Below the pieces are notes generated by a model, which ran no database searches, was not told the origin of the DNA, and saw nothing but the letters and a program-made list of their open reading frames with translations. The translations under genes were made by a program, and so were the position numbers. A stretch of 63,999 nt of DNA, counting the filler, from an uncultured bacterium (GTDB taxonomy: Bacteria; Latescibacterota; UBA2968), in NCBI GenBank assembly GCA_964471275.1. It is 7 parts of 7 records of this genome, joined end to end, with 100 filler letters (N's around TTAATTAATTAA, not from the genome) between each part and the next. Parts side by side here need not be neighbours in the genome. Positions count along the whole stretch, not along the records: positions 60,563 to 63,999 come from CAYYGZ010000340.1; 6 more parts are not named here. One strand, given 5' to 3'. Positions 60,936 to 63,999 of this stretch are shown piece by piece (positions within the stretch are counted from its first letter, which is position 1; each line of letters begins with the position of its first letter).

Positions 60936-61946
60936 TCAACTCAGCGTGACAGGTTCTCCGTTCCTTTGGAGGGATGCCTCAGCGGCCTCGAGGATCTTCA
61001 CAACTCGGAGACCATCTCTCCCGTCGCTTCGAGGCGTTTCGCCCGTTCGGATCGCGCTCACGAAGTGGTCGCACTCAGCGCGAAGGGGTTCGAACATGTC
61101 AATGCTTGGGATCGTTATATCTCCCGTTCGCAGTGTCAGGGCATCGCCATACGACTGGTACTGCCCACCCCCTACACCCTTGTCATAGATTCGGATTTTT
61201 TCAGTCGACTCAACGTCGTCGAAGACTGCCATTTTCTCGCTGCCTACGACGGTGACACGGCGAATCTTGTTCGGGTCCAGCCAGCTGACCTGGATATTGA
61301 CCATCCGTTTGCCGGGAAACTCGATGTTGCAGAAGACGACGTCCTCGATCCCCGGCTGGAGGTAGGACTGACCCCGTGCGCTCACGGAGACGGGATCCTC
61401 GTCCAGAAGGTATGTTGCAATGGAAACGTCGTGCGGTGCCAAGCTCCAGAAGGCGTTTTCGTCCTGGCGGATGATGCCCAGGTTGAGACGCTGTGTGTAG
61501 AGATACAGGACCTCTCCCAGCTCGCCTGTCTCTACCAGCGATTTCAGGACGTTCACGGCAGGATGATACTCCATCAGATGACCGACCATCAGCTTGAGGT
61601 CACGTTGTTCGGCAAGCTCACACAGATGAGTTGCATCAGAAGCCTTGAGGCAAAGAGGCTTTTCGACGTAGACGTGCTTGCCGGCCTCGAGTGTGCGTTT
61701 CGCCAGGTCGTAGTGGACCTTTGCGGGGCTGGCGATGACGACGGCGTCGATTTCGGGGGAATCGAGGACCTGATCAAGGTCTTTGGTGACAGAAATGCCT
61801 GGATGGCGAGCGGCGGTTTGATCCAGGAGGTCTTGGTTCAAGTCACAGCAGACACGCAGGTCTGCAGAGGGGAGGTCGTAGAAATTCCTGACAAGGTTCT
61901 TGCCCCAGTAGCCGACGCCGACACAGGCGATGTTAACGCTGTCCAT
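60936..61946 (-). CDS. Gfo/Idh/MocA oxidoreductase, WbpB/WlbA-like sugar-nucleotide 3-dehydrogenase
   Basis: GVGYWG, VEKP, VGH, SLAPHD, SWLDP; adjacent to a hexapeptide acetyltransferase. Confidence 0.8.
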   Translation of the reverse strand: MDSVNIACVGVGYWGKNLVRNFYDLPSADLRVCCDLNQDLLDQTAARHPGISVTKDLDQVLDSPEIDAVVIASPAKVHYDLAKRTLEAGKHVYVEKPLCLKASDATHLCELAEQRDLKLMVGHLMEYHPAVNVLKSLVETGELGEVLYLYTQRLNLGIIRQDENAFWSLAPHDVSIATYLLDEDPVSVSARGQSYLQPGIEDVVFCNIEFPGKRMVNIQVSWLDPNKIRRVTVVGSEKMAVFDDVESTEKIRIYDKGVGGGQYQSYGDALTLRTGDITIPSIDMFEPLRAECDHFVSAIRTGETPRSDGRDGLRVVKILEAAEASLQRNGEPVTLS

Positions 61947-62763
61947 TCGTTACCGTTCCGTTCTCAAAGAATCTGATGATTTGCTTCACGACAAGCTCGT
62001 CTGTCGCCCTTTCACGTTTCTTCCGCCGTTCCTCGAGGAGTTGTTCAGTCGGAACTTGGCCGAAAGACCTGGCAGGGACGCCGGCGACGACTTCCGCTTC
62101 GGGAATGTCCTTCGTGACAACCGCACCGGCAGCAGCGACCCCGTCTCCTCCGATCGTCAGGCCTGGCAGCAGCGTGGCATTGGCGCCGACCCGGCCGCCG
62201 TCTTCGAGCGTGATCCCCTTGAAGTGCTTCTTCCGTTCCTCGGTTCTACCCAGGAAATTATCATTCGTGACCGTGACTTCCGGAGCGATGAAGCAGTCGT
62301 CCCCGATGGCCGAGAAGGTTGCGATGTAAGCACCTGCCTCGACCTTAGTCCGGGCACCGACGATGACCATGTTTTCGATTGTGACACCTCGGCCGATGAT
62401 CGTCATCTCACCTACAGAGGAGAGCTCCCTGACGGAGGCCTGGTCTGCGACGAGGGCCTTACTCGCGATTCTTGCGCTTCTGTAGATGATGGCTGACGTC
62501 CCGAGCATCACGCCGCTCTCGATCTGAGTGGGGTCCAGTTGGGCGATCTGAGTAAGGGCGCTGTTCGCCGCCTTCATCGGCAACTTGCCGACAGTAGCGT
62601 GATCGTCGATTCGGACGTGATCACCAATGACTGTATCCGGATGAATGACGACGTGATGTCCGATACGACAGTTTCGGCCAATCCTGACGTTCTCCGAGAC
62701 GATCGTGAACTGGCCGATCTCCGTGTCCGTGCCGACTTTGGCGGTTTCGTGAACGTGATTCAT
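61933..62763 (-). CDS. Hexapeptide-repeat sugar-nucleotide N-acetyltransferase (WbpD-like)
   Basis: Left-handed beta-helix repeats, FIAP.V..TND, VGANATLLPG, VVAGVPAR. Confidence 0.85.
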   Translation of the reverse strand: MNHVHETAKVGTDTEIGQFTIVSENVRIGRNCRIGHHVVIHPDTVIGDHVRIDDHATVGKLPMKAANSALTQIAQLDPTQIESGVMLGTSAIIYRSARIASKALVADQASVRELSSVGEMTIIGRGVTIENMVIVGARTKVEAGAYIATFSAIGDDCFIAPEVTVTNDNFLGRTEERKKHFKGITLEDGGRVGANATLLPGLTIGGDGVAAAGAVVTKDIPEAEVVAGVPARSFGQVPTEQLLEERRKKRERATDELVVKQIIRFFENGTVTNGQR

Positions 62764-63020
62764 CTCAGCTCCAGTGGCGTGTTTGGCGAATCTGGATCGT
62801 TCTAGATCCCATCCAACAGTGCAAATGGGGGCTACTCCGTGTATCGACAGAACGGGCCGATCACTTAGCCTTTTCGGGTTATGTAGCGACCGCAAGGTCT
62901 ATGCCCGGCAAGTCATACATGACCGAAATCGAATAAGGATGTATAAAAACAATAGTTTGTATGTAGTGTTTGGGTGTGCTCTTGCCGAGGTAAATGGAAG
63001 AATATTCCAGGTAGCGGGGT

Positions 63021-63809
63021 TTATTCAGGCGTCCTTCGACGCAATACGAGCAGGTGATCCATCATCAGGACCGGCAGGCGACGCTCACAGAATGCGAAGA
63101 GGGTGAAGACAGGGCCCGATAGATACCTGGCCGGGACGACCAACGAGAGGAAGAACGAAGCGGCGTTGACCAGAACCATCGGGAGACTCCGGTAGCCGAT
63201 CACAGAGACGACTTCGAACTGCACATACAGAGCCGCATAGTCGGATTTCTCCATGGGGAGTTCCACGTCGCCGCTGGTGACGGATCTGCCTGGTGCAAGC
63301 TTCAGGTATAGGGCTCGACCTATCTGATTGGCCACCAGGAAGAGCCTGTTCAGAAGTGTGGGTCTGCGGTCTGCGACCAGCAGGAGACCGTCTTCGGCCA
63401 ATACCCGGTGTGCCTCCTGGGAGAAATCGGTTAATGGGATAGTTTCCTTAACGTGGTGGAGGACGTCACTACATACCATCGATCGGAGCGATCCCGCGGC
63501 GTAGGGAAGGGGAAGGTCCGTGTAATGAGAGGCGACGATCCCGGGTAGCCGCTTCTGCACTCGCTTCAGGCTCTCGCGTGAGACATCCAGCACGTGTGTA
63601 ATACCCGCCTTCTCAGCGAATTCGCCAATCCCCGGACCTAATTCTAGGCTGGGGTGCTCGATGTGCTCACCGAATATCTCCAACCGTCGATCCGCGTAGT
63701 ACGAGAGCAGTCGGTCTACTGACTTGTCCGGTTTGGTGAAGTGCTCGTCCCAGTATTCGGCCGATTCGTCAATGGTTTCTTGAAGGATACTTGTCTCTGA
63801 GGACGTCAC
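63021..63809 (-). CDS. Class I SAM-dependent methyltransferase
   Basis: LELGPGIG, LPY, DVLHH, RVLAEDG. Confidence 0.8.
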   Translation of the reverse strand: MTSSETSILQETIDESAEYWDEHFTKPDKSVDRLLSYYADRRLEIFGEHIEHPSLELGPGIGEFAEKAGITHVLDVSRESLKRVQKRLPGIVASHYTDLPLPYAAGSLRSMVCSDVLHHVKETIPLTDFSQEAHRVLAEDGLLLVADRRPTLLNRLFLVANQIGRALYLKLAPGRSVTSGDVELPMEKSDYAALYVQFEVVSVIGYRSLPMVLVNAASFFLSLVVPARYLSGPVFTLFAFCERRLPVLMMDHLLVLRRRTPE

Positions 63810-63999
63810 GGCAAACTCACAAGTGAGAGGGCGTTGTCGGTGTCAGGCGTCGGCGCCGTTTGAGGATCTGCACACGCAAGTGAGACCTTCTTTGCGAACT
63901 TCCGGTCCATGGCGATAGGACACTGATCCTCCTTCCTAACATCGCTGATCAACGCGTCCTCTTCCATATTCGTCAGGATATCGGGCAGTTCTTCGTGTA
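63806..63999 (-). CDS. 3' fragment of an unidentified upstream gene
   Basis: One open frame from the window edge (HEELPDIL...SLVSLP*), whose TGA overlaps the methyltransferase GTG. Confidence 0.4.
   Translation of the reverse strand, partial: HEELPDILTNMEEDALISDVRKEDQCPIAMDRKFAKKVSLACADPQTAPTPDTDNALSLVSLP

Noticed and set aside
62971..62986. Second sigma-54-like site TGGGTG-N5-TTGCC
   Set aside because: Weak -24 match, and it points along the plus strand where no gene follows.
1..63999. rRNA, tRNA, CRISPR arrays, integrases, transposases, phage or defence genes
   Set aside because: None recognised; the intergenic regions are short and show no repeat-spacer or cloverleaf pattern by eye.

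Overview
This is not a continuous locus. It is seven pieces of a draft bacterial assembly joined by artificial 100-nt spacers (44 N + TTAATTAATTAA + 44 N) at 10150, 20264, 30363, 40412, 50446 and 60463. The five complete contigs decrease in length (10014, 9999, 9949, 9934, 9917 nt), so gene neighbourhood is meaningful only within a contig. The organism is GC-rich and uses genetic code 11; rpoB/rpoC and gene content suggest an FCB-group lineage such as Latescibacterota (inference). Contig 1 is a sulfated-sugar catabolic cluster with two broken genes. Contig 2 has udk, dgoD, thyA, rimO and an odd CbiX/molybdopterin-domain fusion. Contig 3 is nusG'-rplKAJL-rpoBC'. Contig 4 has ettA, with a 1.8-kb passenger gene bracketed by a duplicated ettA 5' end. 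Contig 5 has a 2-oxoacid:ferredoxin oxidoreductase operon with a KorB-CBS fusion plus a stand-alone CBS protein. Contig 6 has a glycyl radical enzyme with an atypical GCNW cysteine loop, its activase and a UROD/MT2-like gene. Contig 7 has diamino-uronic-acid sugar-nucleotide genes. The best candidates for undescribed biology are the GCNW glycyl radical system, the CBS-equipped oxidoreductase and the ettA-derived leader/insertion. All calls come from motif recognition; no database search was run.
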